From Antedon mediterranea (lineage: Eukaryota; Animalia; Echinodermata), in NCBI RefSeq assembly GCF_964355755.1, contig NC_092671.1:9858001-9922000 (forward strand): a stretch of DNA of 64,000 bases, read 5' to 3'. A model generated the notes under the pieces. The model was given only the letters and a program-made list of their open reading frames with translations. It did not search any database and had not been told where the DNA came from. The translations under genes and the position numbers were made by a program. This document shows positions 1 to 14,159 of the stretch, piece by piece (the stretch's first letter is position 1; the number at the start of each line of letters is the position of its first letter).

Positions 1-1792
1 ATACTCCATGTTATAATATTTGTTTTTGAAGGCTTAAATGGTGTAAACTACCCTTCATTAATTAAAATGAAATGATAATGGGCCTTCACTCCTTGTCATG
101 GGTTGAGTCCAGAGATGAAGTTTTGACTTAATATTAGTAAAAAGATAGATATGTTGGCGTTTTATATGTACAGTATACTACTTCAGCTTGTGTATTTCAG
201 ACAAACATCGAAAAAGCAACTACAGATTACAAATTAACTGAAAAGTACAAAATATGCAATTCAATAGACCCACCGCAATACCAAACCAATATGTCAAGAA
301 TCACGGTTGATCTTGACCAATCAAATGATAGATTCGCAATATTGCAGCGTTATAGTTTAATGGATTATACAGTCCTGGTGACCTATAAATGACGATGGTA
401 TTAAAGTACAGGTACAACCATGGTACAACGTACAGTAAAATTGTCACCATAAAAGACAGTACCATCCATTGTTTGTGGTTTAATCCTATTAGTTTTATTA
501 CCAAGCGCAATAAAATTACCTCTGCACTTTCCATTGTTTTATTTGTTTGCCAAGTGTAAGCCCTATCCTTTCAATTGAATAGAAGTTCATACTTTTTAAC
601 AATTATTACACTGTGGTTGGTCTCCAGGCAGCAGACTCTTGTTGTTACACTTAACAAGTATAACCGAATACCTCCCATGGGACGAATCTTGTACTTTAAC
701 AGCCAAATTCTTTACTTTTTATTATTGAAAGCAACGTTGCAACGGTGGTATATCAGTATTTCTCTCCAATGAAAGTGGACGTTTTTTAGAGTTCGTTGAA
801 TAAATAAATCGTGTTGAAACGCTTACGAATAGTCCCGTTTGGATTATCACTTAAAACCGTAAGTAGTCTATAGGCCTACAGTTAAATCACAGAGGTATAA
901 TATTAATATTTGAGAGCACGTACTGTAATTTCGTACCATATTACAAACTGATCAGTGTTTCATTGTTGGGCGTATAGTACTGATATAATAATAATGTACT
1001 AATACTAGAACTATCGCCGGAAGACCAAGTACAAATAGGTAGGAGAAACAGCATTAAGAGAACCCACGGTAATTTATTGTGGCAATGTGCAGTTTGGGTT
1101 GAAGATGTATTCTCACCCATGAAAAAAACATTTTTTTTTATTTTGTTGTTGAATATGCCATTTTAAAGTCACATAATAATTATCCACTTTGACCAAAAAT
1201 TGGATCGAAAAAAAATGTATTTACCTGAAAAAACTGTAATTTAAAGCAAAAAAATGGTCAAATTGGCTGCCAGCCAATCAATGGTTTTTGGTGAAATTTA
1301 ACCATTTATTTTGTCATTTTATAAGTAAAAACATTATTTGTTTCCATTTTTTTTGCTACGGAAGTGATTAACTTTATTAAAACTACAATATGATATATTC
1401 AAAGTCTGATTTAATTAATCTTAATTTTTCATGTTTTTGGTGTGCAGTCAGTAGGGTCGATTAGAGGGTGTGACGTCCCCCTATAATATGCCTATATTTC
1501 GAATTCATCAATATTCAGAACTTGGCAATTTTAATTGAAAACTACAATTGTATTTAAAAAGTAATAGCTTATACCTTGAAAGAACTGTCCAACAAGGAGG
1601 TGTTATGAATTAAATTGAATTAGTAAAACACAAATTTCAAATATTTGTTCCTGGTGAAAGAATTTATGATATTCTACTGACCCTTAAACAAGCTTTTACT
1701 GTTTCGGTTGTCAAATATTTTCCGACTAGTATAATTTATGGATTTTTTTTTGTTGAAACAGTCTCCCACAAAGATCGCAGGTGGACCAATGA

Positions 1793-2046
1793 ATGGAAAC
1801 GGAATATAATATATATACTGTAGCTACCACAAGTATGGTAGGACCGATTTTCACGGCTCCCAAACCTGTGTCTGTGGTACGCAGTAAAAGTTGCCATGTG
1901 AGCCGATATGTGGGGCAACCAGGAGGGAAACCTAAATTACAACATTCGCCGGGCAAGATACATCATGTGATCGAAGCATGGGCAAGTAGACGGAATACGT
2001 CAGATATACCAAATAGACGACCAAGCACTACATACCCAATAACACG
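1793..2046 (+). CDS. Coding exon 1 of an uncharacterised 690-aa coiled-coil/low-complexity protein
   Basis: ATG at 1793 is preceded by an in-frame TGA. A polypyrimidine+AG acceptor ends at 1761. The exon ends at CG|GTAAGA (phase 2), matching the downstream acceptor at 3068. Confidence 0.7.
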
Positions 2047-3068
2047 GTAAGAAAAAAATCATTTAAAATGTGTGTAGGTAAAAACTCAGTTAATGAATTG
2101 AACAGAATTACTGGAAAAACATAGGCTATATCGATGGGTGGGGTGTGAACATGAAGGCCTAATCTTCGGAATATAGGAACGGTATTGGAACTAATCAGTG
2201 AGGGAACTTCTATTGAATATTGGGGGTACGGTGTGGATAAAAGAGCATGAGAAAATGAAGGACATGCAAGTGGCATAGGTTTATATTCAAATGTACGAGT
2301 ACACTACAGCGACCGATTTTTTGGTCTTCCTTATACCAACTCCCCCCCCCCCCCTTCCCCTTCCTGGATAAACCAATCAGAATTCAAAGTTGTGGGTCTA
2401 CTAGTTATTTATCAAAATAAAATTACTCAGTGAATTAAAGGTTAAACTATTATTGTAGGCCTACTATTGATTTAGGTTCACTGTTTGAGTATACTAATTA
2501 ATGACAAACATTAGCCTATCAGTCAAAAACCCTTATCAAGAACACTAATCACACAAACACGGAACCTTTTTCAAAATGTTTACAATTCTCTTCAAAAGAA
2601 TCAAAGTCTAGACTAACATTTAGCTAAATTAAAACAGATTTATTACTTACGTTTGTCCATCCACGTCGTCTGTGTTCTCGCGTTAAAGTGTCGAGAGAAC
2701 TTAAACATATTATTCAAACGTACGTTTGATTAATAGGTTATGTAATATAGGTGTTTGAATAATCAGAAATGGAGAAATGGAACAGGTAGGTTAAAGAATT
2801 CCTTCATGATTTAGACGGAATTGTCGAATGGCGCCTTGTATTTGGATTTTTGGGCACGCACACAGAATGCTTGTATTTACCAATTCAATGTTTCAATTCC
2901 TCACTCTGTATATTATTGCCATTTTTGTTTTTCCATTCTGAAAATGATGATCCTCAGTGGATTTTAATTAGTGGAGTGACTGCTACTCGAGCCTAGAAGT
3001 GACTGTAGGACCAAATACAATATTTCGCCAATGAATTTATATTAACACTCATCTCCTTTTTTTGACAG

Positions 3069-4887
3069 ATCATGGCATCGAGAAGGCCCCCAAAACAGTC
3101 GCATGACCGCAACGGCAACAGGTGGTAGATCCACAGCTTCCAAAGTACAATGTAGTGCAAATTCAAGAATATCATACAATCATCCAAATAGTCATCCCAA
3201 AATAAAAACCAACCCGTGCAATGTATCTACACATACACACATTCAGGAAAACCCGCAAGTAAAGGCAAAACCATCTTCGTTTGTATATATTACTGATGGG
3301 CTGTTTTGTCGCGATTTAGCATCTAGAAGTTTACGTGGAAACCCCAAATTACACAAAAGAATGAATCAAAGAGTTTACCATGGTAGATCAAAGTCGTTTC
3401 CACTTGAATGTGATACTATAGGCCTATTACCTTTTCTAGGGCGACATAATAATGTTAAAAAAGAGACTGTGTTGATACCATCTAAAGAGGGATATCATTC
3501 TAGAAGTAAATCACCAACGTATTCCACTCTGATGGAAACTAAAGATATTTTGATGTTAGAATTAAGTAAAAGAATTCGCGAATTACGGCGTGATCTGGAT
3601 GGAATTAAAGCGCGGGAAAATTCAGCAGTAAATGAACATTCGATATCTGCCACATATAATGCAATCACAGGTGACAATGAATGGTATATACAAATGATGG
3701 ATACATTATTAGAAGATGATGATTTATCAATTGGAAGAATTAATAATAATTTACCACAATCAGTTCCTATAACAAACCTTCAATTTTCTGTTGAATGTTT
3801 GCGTTCTCATATCACTGATTTAGAAATTGTTGAAACCAATATCGAGGAAGCAGAAAGGAAGATAAATACAAGACGAATTAAAGATAGGAATAAAAGCAAA
3901 TACGTTTATGACGTCACCACACCAGAACTGTCACCGAGAATCGAGGAAGCGAAGAAGATGACGTCAAAATCTAGTAAAAAGAAATTGTTGATTTTACCTG
4001 AAGTCAGAAAATCTAAAAGTAAGGTCATTCAAACACGTAAAGTTAAAAGGAAATTTAAAAACGCATCACCGTCACATATTGAACCTGATGTAAAGGTAGA
4101 AAGGGACACGACGGTAGACATAAATACCGATGAAACTTTATTGGTAACTGCAGGGGAATCAACAGAAAAGGTTGACCATTCAGAACAAAGTCTGAACACA
4201 ACGCAAACGAAGATAAAGAGTGATACGGATGATATAAATAAGCAATTCATTTCAGAGACAGATGAAGATAATGTCAAGATATCACACACGTTAAAAGAAA
4301 ATAACGTCACAAGAGACTCCACAACGCCAGAAACTGACGTCACTCTGGAGAGGCAGCCATTAACTTCAAAATTATCTCGAGACAGTATTGAAAAGACAGT
4401 ATTAACTCCAACTCTATCTGAAACCAATCTTGAAAAAAAGTCATTGTTAAAAACAGAATCAAGGGTTAGTTTAGATAACACAAGTTCTGGAACAACTTCA
4501 ATGAATCAAAATGGACTGAAAGAAAGACGTCCAAGAGATATTCTTCCTACTCAAAAGACAGACGACGTAGAACCTTCTAATAGTTTTTCTGTAACTCACG
4601 ATAAGCCCCAAAAGGTTGATGTACCGGTGATCGAACAAAAGAAACAGCTGACTGAAAAAGAGAAGTTTCTCGAGATGCGGAAGCGGATGCAAGAACGTAA
4701 GGAAGAACAGTCCAAGAAAAGGGAAAATTTTCGAGACATTTCGATGCTAGGTTTAAGTTTTCATAACCAGCGGGAAAGACGCGGGAAACTTGGGAATATA
4801 ATAGCCTCTAAGATTGATGGCATGCTGGAATTTGGAGATAATGATGATGACGACGATGAGGAGGATGATGATGACGAAAGCATATAA
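3069..4887 (+). CDS. Coding exon 2 (terminal) of the uncharacterised 690-aa protein
   Basis: Acceptor ctttttttgacag|A at 3068. The frame is open from 3069 into the 594-aa ORF 3103..4887. It has heptad-like segments (ELSKRIRELRRDLDGIK; LRSHITDLEIVETNIEEAERKI), a T/S/E/K-rich middle and an acidic tail. AATAAA signals occur at about 5143 and 5281. Confidence 0.8.
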
Positions 4888-5068
4888 GATGCTGGCATTT
4901 GGAGAGGATGATGATGACGACGAAAGCTTCCAAGCTTGTTAGCATGCTGGCACTTGGAGAGGATGACTCGAGAGGATTATAACTCGCGAGGATGATGACG
5001 AAAGCATATAAGTTGTTGGCATGCTGGCATTTGGAAACGAGGATGATGACGATGACGTCACATCTAAG
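4819..5068 (+). repeat. Degenerate tandem copies (about 4) of the final coding segment, extending past the stop codon
   Basis: Unit (C)ATGCTGG(A/C)A(T/C)TTGGA...GATGATGACGA...TAAG recurs near 4821, 4889, 4944 and 5020. Confidence 0.75.
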
Positions 5069-7324
5069 CTTCCGTCATCAATCGAGGAAGATAGCAACAA
5101 AAACCAACTATTAAAAATGAAAATGTTAGGCTAATGCAATAATTACAAAGCAATTTTTGGATTTCGGAAGAAATATTATACAATAAATATTGTAGAAATA
5201 CACTCTTTTCAGTCAAACGATGTCTGTTTGTAAGTCGTTCTTATTACCTGTCATTGTCACACGTTAAGTCTATCTACATCAATAAACATTTAAAATCATG
5301 AATGACAACGAAAGAAAACACAACAACATATTTATGTTCATAGCATAGACGATTTTTTTTTCAATTATCATTGTTTTAGTTCACATGTGAATATCTAAAT
5401 CTAAATTCTTTCAATCAACCATCACAAAAATATTGGCAAGGAACAAAGAAAAAAGCTTATAATAACACGAGTTTAAAAAAAAACATAACAGATCAACTGG
5501 CACCAGCGTTTCTGATGACGGGCAAATGGTGACAAAATAAACCCTCATAAGGGAACTAGTGCACTATTAGGTTTACCTTATACTGTAGATGACAGACAAG
5601 GATATGTCCTAACCATCCAACAATAATTTGAAACGACCCGAGGTACCTTACCTCAAACCCTCCGAGGCGATTATTTCGAATATAATCTGCACAACAATAA
5701 CATATTGTGTCTTTCTCCCCTTGTTTTATAAGTAATGTCACACATTTACAAGTACCCTTATTCAATTAGAAAAGTCATGAAGAATTGAGATGTTTTCAAA
5801 ATGACGAGCCACCTTGCAAAAAATACGTGACAAACCAAACCTTTTAGGAAAAATAGTAAAAGTAGACCTAAACATGCTTTTATACGCCATACATACTGAA
5901 ATGCATACAACGCAAAACCCACACGTACATACACACAACATAACGTACTCACATAATATGTGTGTTTACAAACACTTTTGTCATCAAGTTTACAAGTGTT
6001 TATAACAGTACAGAATGATGCATACATCAACACTGATGTAATGGTAACCTATGGACGTTCACATGCGTCGATACCGACACTAATGTCGTGTCTACACGTT
6101 TGATTGTAACATGTTTACAATAAACCCCCAAATGTATCCCAAAATGCCAAAACCAGACGAATAAGAACGTCACATCACAGATGTGTTATTAACGTCAGCT
6201 TGGACTTTCAAAAGCACATGTTCACAAAGTTTCCTAAATAAACCCCCTCTATTTTGTCAAACAATGAACAGTTTACAACGATTTGTATTTTTATATTATA
6301 ATCTGGTTTTGATGATTCTTATTCACAATAGTTTACCTTATAACTAGAAATCACACATATTTTCAGTAATCTGATAAAACACAAATTAAACTTCTTTATA
6401 AATGTAGTAGGTAGGCCTATATATAACTAAAAGAAAATATTTTAAATTAGGACCATTTTATAGTTACACAAAATTTATAAATGAAAATAATATTTGCAAA
6501 CTTAAAATTCAAAGACGGTGGAGAAACAACATTTTAACCGAACCCATACCTTTCATACAGTATATGGTTTACTGACAACATATGGTTCATTTTCATAATA
6601 TGGCTTTATATTTCTTTACATATAATTGCTGTATTTCTTACAATCATAATGTACAGTACGACCCAAATCACAGATGTTTGATGCGTTTACCAACATCAAG
6701 TTTGACGCATTTACTAACATAAGTTTGACGTCTGAACGCGCTAAACAATTTAGCATCGACTGAACCTGTGTGATGCAGTGACTAACGCTGAGGCCCTGGT
6801 TTAGGAACCCTAAGTGGCTCTCCAACGTTGGGAGGCCTCGGGCGTTTTTAGATTTTTCTGTCGAATGTTTTCCTCTTGTCACTGCTCAGGGACTCCCATA
6901 AGCTCCGAGGCCACTGGTTTTAGCCAGTGAGCGCTCATAGCCATTACGCCACCATTGTTATGGCACATATAATTGCAATTTTTGTAATCCCCGTCAAGTC
7001 ATCACCAATTATTAACAATAATTATAAAATTCATTCCCAATATATTGCATTCCAAATTAAAGTTTCCTTCAAAAAATATCGTGACAGGAATTTGATTTTG
7101 AAATACGACTGGCAGTGAATGAATTCCATGAATTACACTGAACAATAGGTTCAAAACTAGACCCAACGCAAACACGTCTGGTTGGATCGGTTGGGAACCA
7201 AATTAGCCAGATAAAAAACACAGAATAACAATATTCAACACTTAGCAGTACCAAAAAAAAACAAAAAACTCCAAATGGATTGTACAATTACACATTGAAT
7301 ACATATATTATCATTTTCCTTATA

Positions 7325-7483
7325 CAGTAAAACCCTATTAAGGAGACAACATTTGGAAACATAACCCATAACAGTGGTGTCTCCTGTCTAGTGGTTGGCC
7401 AGCTGTATTGTTATACAGTATACAGATATTTCACGGAAAAAGTGTCCCCTTAATATGGGTGTCCCAAACAAGGGACTCTACTG
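7325..7483. mobile_element. Short TA-flanked CAGT-ended MITE (Tc1/mariner/pogo type); related degenerate copy at about 59716-59880
   Basis: TA|CAGTAAAACCCT ... AGGGACTCTACTG|TA imperfect TIRs. Internal GTGTCCCCTTAAT-like motifs are shared with the 59.8-kb copy. Confidence 0.55.
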
Positions 7484-10400
7484 TATTTGTTTAGGTTGTT
7501 TTGATAAACTAAATGAAAATGTCAAAGCCTCCAAAGGCCACATATAGACTGAATGACAGATAAACAATTTCTATATATTTTGTGTAAGCCATTTGATGGG
7601 ATTCAATTCGCTTTATTATACAAAAACCATTAGAATAATGGTATATAATATAGCAAATTAAAACTTACAGATTAAGCATCTTCTATTTGGAACCTGCAGC
7701 CTAATTTTCATTTTAATATTCTACACATTCTCAAGGTATAAACAAAAATAATGTTGACATTGAGAAGGAAGCAATATTGACTTGTATTATTCTGCCATTT
7801 ATACCTTAAACGTTAGAATTGCACAATAGCTGTGAAAAATAATGAAAAAAAATAAACTTGATTAACTATAATACACATTACATACTTTGAAACATGTGAT
7901 CGACCAAAAGCTTCACGTTGCTAAGTTACTAAACACCTCAAACCCACATTTAAAAAAACCAAACCCAAACAATCCTGTTTTTAGAATCTATAATAAAAAT
8001 GCAAGGTTTCAGTCCTTTTAATTTGTTATATAATTATTATATTATATAGTTTTTTAGAAGGCATTAATAACAAACTTATACATTAAGATGAAGTTGGCTG
8101 TAGACGAGCTATTTACCAATATACATATATAAACTTGTACATAGGCTATGTCAGCAACTTTCTTAAAATAACTCTTTGTTTCGAAGCACACTGTATCCAC
8201 TTTGCTTATAATAATTCTCTTTTTTTTTTTACATTTTAGTGAGTTGCAATTATTAATACATTCTGAAAAATTAGTCTAACTAAAAACCCAAATACTTAAT
8301 TAATCATCAAACATGGTACTGTATATAATGTTATTTGATTATAAAATGGTAGCTCCTCTCCCATACCCCTCACAGAATAAGGACAAGTCAATTATTAGCC
8401 AATGAGTTGGAAGTTGTCTGCATATAAAAAGAAATTGAATAAAAGCTAGTGAAAAGAAGGAAGGAAAACTCAGCATAATAAACATGTCTCATTTTATAAA
8501 ATATATAGAAAATTGATCTCAAAATCTTAACCATGACCGGTGCTGGTACCTTATAAACCAGAAGGTATAGTTCAATCTAAAGTTGACTACATGGTAACAA
8601 GAAAAATAGAACCTTGGAAGTTTAATCAGTGTAAATATGATAAAAACGAGTGCAATTGAGGCAAATCATAAATATATATAATTTTTCTCTCAAAATGTAT
8701 ACAATTTTAATTAAATAATTTTAAATAGTGTTGTATCTTTTTCTCAACATTTATAAAACAATTAAAACTGATATCAACAGTGATATAAGGGAATACGCAT
8801 AAATTAATTTAAAACAGAATAATAAACTTAAACATTTTAAGGATATTAATTAAATATTGAAATATCAACAGGAAGTGATGTCATCATGCTAATGGTTAAA
8901 TGACCTCAAGTGACCTGTATAGTACTGAAATGGCTGTTTATAGCTGACCAATCAACAGTAGAGGACTATCATCAAATGGCGCTTGCAAAATCCGGAATAC
9001 TGAAAATCATGAACATCTACTGTAAAACAGAAAATTAAACATTTTCGCAACTGTAATTATTACATTATTTTCAAACACAATATATACATATTTATATGAT
9101 ATGTATAGATATATATATGTGTAAACATACACAGATTCTGTTGATATATAATATATATTAATATACACAAATTCTTCTATAAATTTTGCAGATTTTTGCT
9201 AATTTAATTATAGAAATCAAAAATGATATTACAGCAAACTAAATATTCAAATTTAATGATCAAGAAATAATTTATATGTAGAGCATTAAAATTTAACATT
9301 ATTTAAAATCCTCAGATGTGCACATGTGCCTAATCTCAGTGTAGGTACAGTAATGCTAAATAACTCAAGCATTTTCTTCCACAAAAAATCTGTGAAATGC
9401 CAATTAAAAAAAATGGATTTATCTTGATTTTGAGATACAACCATTTTCTGTTGATGGAGATCGTTACCACAGAGCACATTGAAATTAAAATAGCAAAACC
9501 AGCTGTCTACAGGGTGCTTGGGGTATTCTTACAGACCTACATCAAGCTACATTCACAGAAGACAGCATCATTTAATCCTGTATATAATTTTCCATTGATA
9601 ACATAACAGCGCCTTCTTCCATTAAATGAAACCAATGAAAAGTGTTAATGTAGCATTCGAGGAACTGATGAATAGAATGCAATAGAACAACACTGGCCAC
9701 CAGTACACAAAAAATGTTCCCTCTGAAACTAACATGCCTAAGAGCATGTTAGGCAGTGCATGTTCCAGCACAGCAACAAAATGGTTAAAGATGTCTGAAG
9801 TCAACACTGGGTAACTGACCATAAATCAGATATGGGAACCAATGGTCTTTCAAAGCAGAGGTCAGTTTGAGTTCAACATGAACAAGCCAGAGATCATAAA
9901 CAGGTTACTGTATACATTCTGTAAGTGGCAAACAAGCATTTAACTTAATTTTCTAAAACTTGATTTGCTAAAGGACAAAATTATCAAATGACAATTTTTC
10001 GATTGAATTGCACAGAAAAAAAAAAAGCTTAGCTGATAAATGGAAGACCATTGCCAGTAAAGATGAGAAACTAAAGGCGTGATATGTCATCGAATGTAGA
10101 CATTGGAGTTAACAAAATTTACACAAATTTACATTCACTAATACAAAATTAATCCCAAGACAACAACCCTACTAGTGCGCACTAACAAACCTGGTTAAGG
10201 ACAGTTTGTCACACAAGATTAGAAAGTTCACACAAAAACAACTCCCATTAAAGTCCCGCAATAATAAGCCAAAACACTAAATTTCACAAATTCTTAATAA
10301 ATGATCTCATTATTAGCACCAGCAGCTGCAAAAACTAACTTTATCAAATATATTTCTTTTTTCCTCGTAATATTATAATATAATAATAATTTGACTGATA

Positions 10401-11099
10401 CATTCACTTAATTGCTTGCTCAATACAATTGTATTCAACTTTCAGATGAGTTTTGTTTTCTTTTACTCATCTTCATGGTTGGATCACGGTTTGTGCATTC
10501 ACCCCTGTGTGCAATGAAGTCCACAAAGGTACTTCTCCAAAATTGTACACCATTATTATACAACCCTTGAATTATTTATTCTAAATGAAGAAAAGACTTC
10601 TGTTAAATTTGTTTAACCGGAACGTCTTTGCATGTTTCTTTTCATCAAGGTGAAATTACATCAAAATACAGCATAAGAAAAAATTAAAAATCAAATTTTC
10701 CTTTTGTTTGCGTAAGTAAATATCTTCCACTCAACATTTGCATTATCTTGATATGAGAAGAAAGTTGTTTTTGCTTTATAGGTTTAAGCCCAGGAAATAA
10801 TACTCCCTATTCATCTATTTCAAATTAGTAGGAATTGAAAACTGTGCTGTACTTATCTCAACTTTCAATGTTTTAACAACATGAATATCAACTAAAGTTG
10901 ACACAACTTTCACGCACATTCCACTCTCGTCAAAACTGGATAACTTTGGGTGGTATCATAATAATTCCAGGTTTTTTTGGCATTTCATAGAGAAAAGAGA
11001 TGTATATATTATTAACCAATGTGTTGATACAAAAAGGTAGCAAATATAACCAATGGCAAAACAGAAGGATTTACTTATTCCATGTGTATAGAACAGTAA

Positions 11100-11393
11100 G
11101 ACCCTATTTACACTTGCGATTTGGGTCCGGCAATCGATATGTTTAAACATGTCATAAAGTTAGGCTGGGCGGGATGCAGACCTGGGCCAGATGCAGACCT
11201 GGGCCGGATGCAGACCTGGGCCGGATGCAGACCTCGACCTCCTCTTGAGGTGGGTCGAGGAGCAGCTTTATGTTTAGGCCAGCATATGCCAATGGCTTGA
11301 GAAAATGAAGTAAATGAATCTTCAGGGCTGTATTTTGGAAAGTGTAAACACGTTGGATCGTCCCACGACACAATCGTAAGTGTAAATGGGGTT
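11100..11393. mobile_element. PIF/Harbinger-like MITE with an internal 17-bp tandem repeat and hairpin, downstream of the LARP4 stop
   Basis: TAA|GACCCTATTTACACTTGCGATT ... AATCGTAAGTGTAAATGGGGTT|TAA. About 4 copies of GGATGCAGACCTGGGCC (11166-11234). Hairpin CCTCGACC...GGTCGAGG at 11232-11260. Confidence 0.7.
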
Positions 11394-12435
11394 TAAGTAA
11401 CATCATGGTAACACACCCATAATGCCACACCCATAATGCCTAATTTAAACCAATAAAAAAGTAAACATAAAACATATAATGCAGGAAATATCTTAATTAT
11501 CATTGAAAATACTAATTGTATAGTAAGAACTATCAATTAACAATTATTACATTTAAGTATTTACATAATATTCTTTTTTTTTCCTCAGAAAATAAAACAT
11601 TTACAAGGTTGTTTTTTTTCTCGCTAAATAATTTGCTCTTTTTTTCAATTTTAAATGGAATGCTCCAACCTGGGAGACTTCTCCACTTTTAAACTGAAAA
11701 AAGAACATCACACTTATTTAAAGAGCGGTGTTCTTATGTTGGCGAAAAAATGGTTAGCACGATACACAAACGTGGTAACGTACTAGTAGGAACATAATAG
11801 CGCCCTCTATATTTATAAACTGGTTGTTTCCCCAAACAATAAGAACCTCATATTCCCCAATTCTTTCACATTTCTTTCAAACATCACTTTTTTTTTGGAA
11901 ATCTTCTCTACTTTCTTCTTGTATTTATTCAGCAAAAGCATTTTCTACTGTAACCACGGCAACTAAACATCCAATAAGAAATCTTTATCCATTATATTTT
12001 CTTTTTTTTTTCTCTCTTTAAAACTTAAAAAGCATGCGATTAAAATTAAAAACATGATCCCAAAATTCTTTTAAAAAAAACCTAAATCCAATACAACCTT
12101 TTCTTTGAAAACTTGATTAAAAAATACTTTTGCTGAAATATTTAAAAGTAAGTGATTAAAAAGTAAAATGTTTCTTAATTTCCATAAAAAGTTCTTTTTT
12201 AGTGAAGTCTCTGAAGTCTTTGTTGATGGCTATACAGCACATCTTTACCAGTACATTATCATGATGATTACCACACGACCTGCTGCTGTGAAATATTCCA
12301 AGCAAATATATCCGGTAAAATTATTCTATATTTTACATCTAGCATCACGTATAGGTCATGGATTGCTATTCATTCATCTACCTCAAAAACCATACTCCGA
12401 AAACCATGCACTTGCTAATCTTTGGCTCAATTCGT

Positions 12436-12738
12436 TTATTTCGTCTTCTGCGATGTCTGGTTTCGTCCGGCAGTCGGAGATCTACGGCCTCCAGGCGACC
12501 TTCGGCTTCCTGGGGAGCTGCGACCGTTTGATCTTCTTTTGTCGTTATCTCTATGGTTGCGTGTAGGTTGTTCGTTCTGGTCACGTTCTTTGTCTTGTTT
12601 TGGATTCGTTGTGGCATTTTTATTAGTTGGTGCGTTCTTTGCAGGTGGGGTATTGGTTTGACCTTGAGTCGGGCAAACTTCCCCTGGTCCTGGCTTCCTT
12701 CGTGCAATTGCAGCGTAGCTGAATTTCTTAGATGCATC
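12436..12738 (-). CDS. LARP4: LARP4-family coding exon 14 (terminal; SYAAIA motif, R/S/P-rich tail)
   Basis: Phase-0 acceptor gcag|GAT. DASKKFSYAAIARRK resembles the LARP4/4B RKPSYAEIC motif. Ends at TAA. Confidence 0.85.
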   Translation of the reverse strand, partial: DASKKFSYAAIARRKPGPGEVCPTQGQTNTPPAKNAPTNKNATTNPKQDKERDQNEQPTRNHRDNDKRRSNGRSSPGSRRSPGGRRSPTAGRNQTSQKTK

Positions 12739-13161
12739 CTGCGTTAACAAATCGACATAAGTGATTATAATAATAATTAATATGTTAATAACAATCAAAA
12801 TTAACAATAAAGTTATATTAACAAGATTTAAAAAAAGTGAAAACATCAGTTAATGCAGTAGAAATTTAAAGACAACAACAGTAAGAAAAAAGTAAATTTT
12901 TCTCCAGAAGACAGTTTAACAACAGAAACGTTAAAACATTTTCAGATCCAGGAGTAGTCTGGAGCTTTATTCCTTAAACTAGTTTGACAGTGTAGACAGA
13001 GCTTCAGAAAACACATAATGTACCGAAAACCGAATTTGCAATGATTTTTCATAAGTAAAATATGTTTGAAATTTATCATATTTGTTAAAAACAGAGAACA
13101 ACACAAACAAATAAAATAGAAATTTAATTATTTTCTCCACGATATACAAAAAAATACTTAC

Positions 13162-13417
13162 ACCAGAAGATGCACATTGTATTTCTGTTGCACTTGTTGT
13201 ATCAGCTGTTTCTTTTGCATTGATGTTACTAGTATTACCTTTGGTTGAAGCAGTCACGGGTACAGTCTCCTGTGGTGTAGGTGACATCTGATTACTGGCG
13301 GGCTTGGTAGTTGTTGTAGACGGGGCCTGAGATGATGAAGGTGTTTCATCAGATGAGCTCACAACGGCTTTGCTAGGCTCACTTGCTGCTTGATAGGACT
13401 TTTTTGTTGACTTTTTA
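13162..13417 (-). CDS. LARP4: LARP4-family coding exon 13 (S/T-rich)
   Basis: acag|T AAA AAG TCA ... TCT GGT|GTAAGT; phase 2 to 0, consistent with neighbouring exons. Confidence 0.8.
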
Positions 13418-14159
13418 CTGTGTGGGAAAAGTAGTTATAATAATTAGGAAAACAATTTTTTATCAATGTTTAAAACCATACAATTAGATGTTAATTACCA
13501 AACTGTCCATGCAATTAGATGTAAATGATCAAACTGTAATATATGGTATTGTGACGCTTGACCAACGAATCAGATTTTTCTTTTTTGTAATAATTGAATA
13601 TAAAAAATGTTATAGAATTTGCATGCACCAGTGAATTTTGTCTTTCAGTTTTTGGCGGTATTATTATGTGAATAACTCAAAATCAGCTTTACAAAGAAAG
13701 AAGAAATATAACCTTAAATCCAACCGATGATGCCGTGTTAACATAAACATTTGTTAAGGCCTTATTACTCTACCATGAACACATATTTTTCTGCATCCCT
13801 TTAGATACATTTTCACGAATGCAAAATTTATTTGATGAGATTTTATTACAAGAATTCTGTAGAGTAAGTAACACTTGCACATATAACTTATCAGTAGAAC
13901 AGCGTGTACAAACACCTCCCACACATTGTCACACATTAATAGTACTTGTATAACGATAATTTACCATCATTAGATGTGTGGGAATGAGAACATCAATACA
14001 GAGTTCACCAACAATTAATAAGCTGCTTCAAACGCAAAGTGCACAAATAAATCTTCAAGGCAACATGGATTTTAATTAAAAGTAACCCCAAAATGGATTA
14101 CTATCATTAATAACATCTTAATGTTTAAAAAAATTTTAATTCACCGGTAAAAAATCTGC

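Noticed and set aside
1050-1690. Possible TTAA-flanked (Kolobok/piggyBac-like) non-autonomous element
   Set aside because: It looks repeat-like, but I could not pair convincing terminal inverted repeats.
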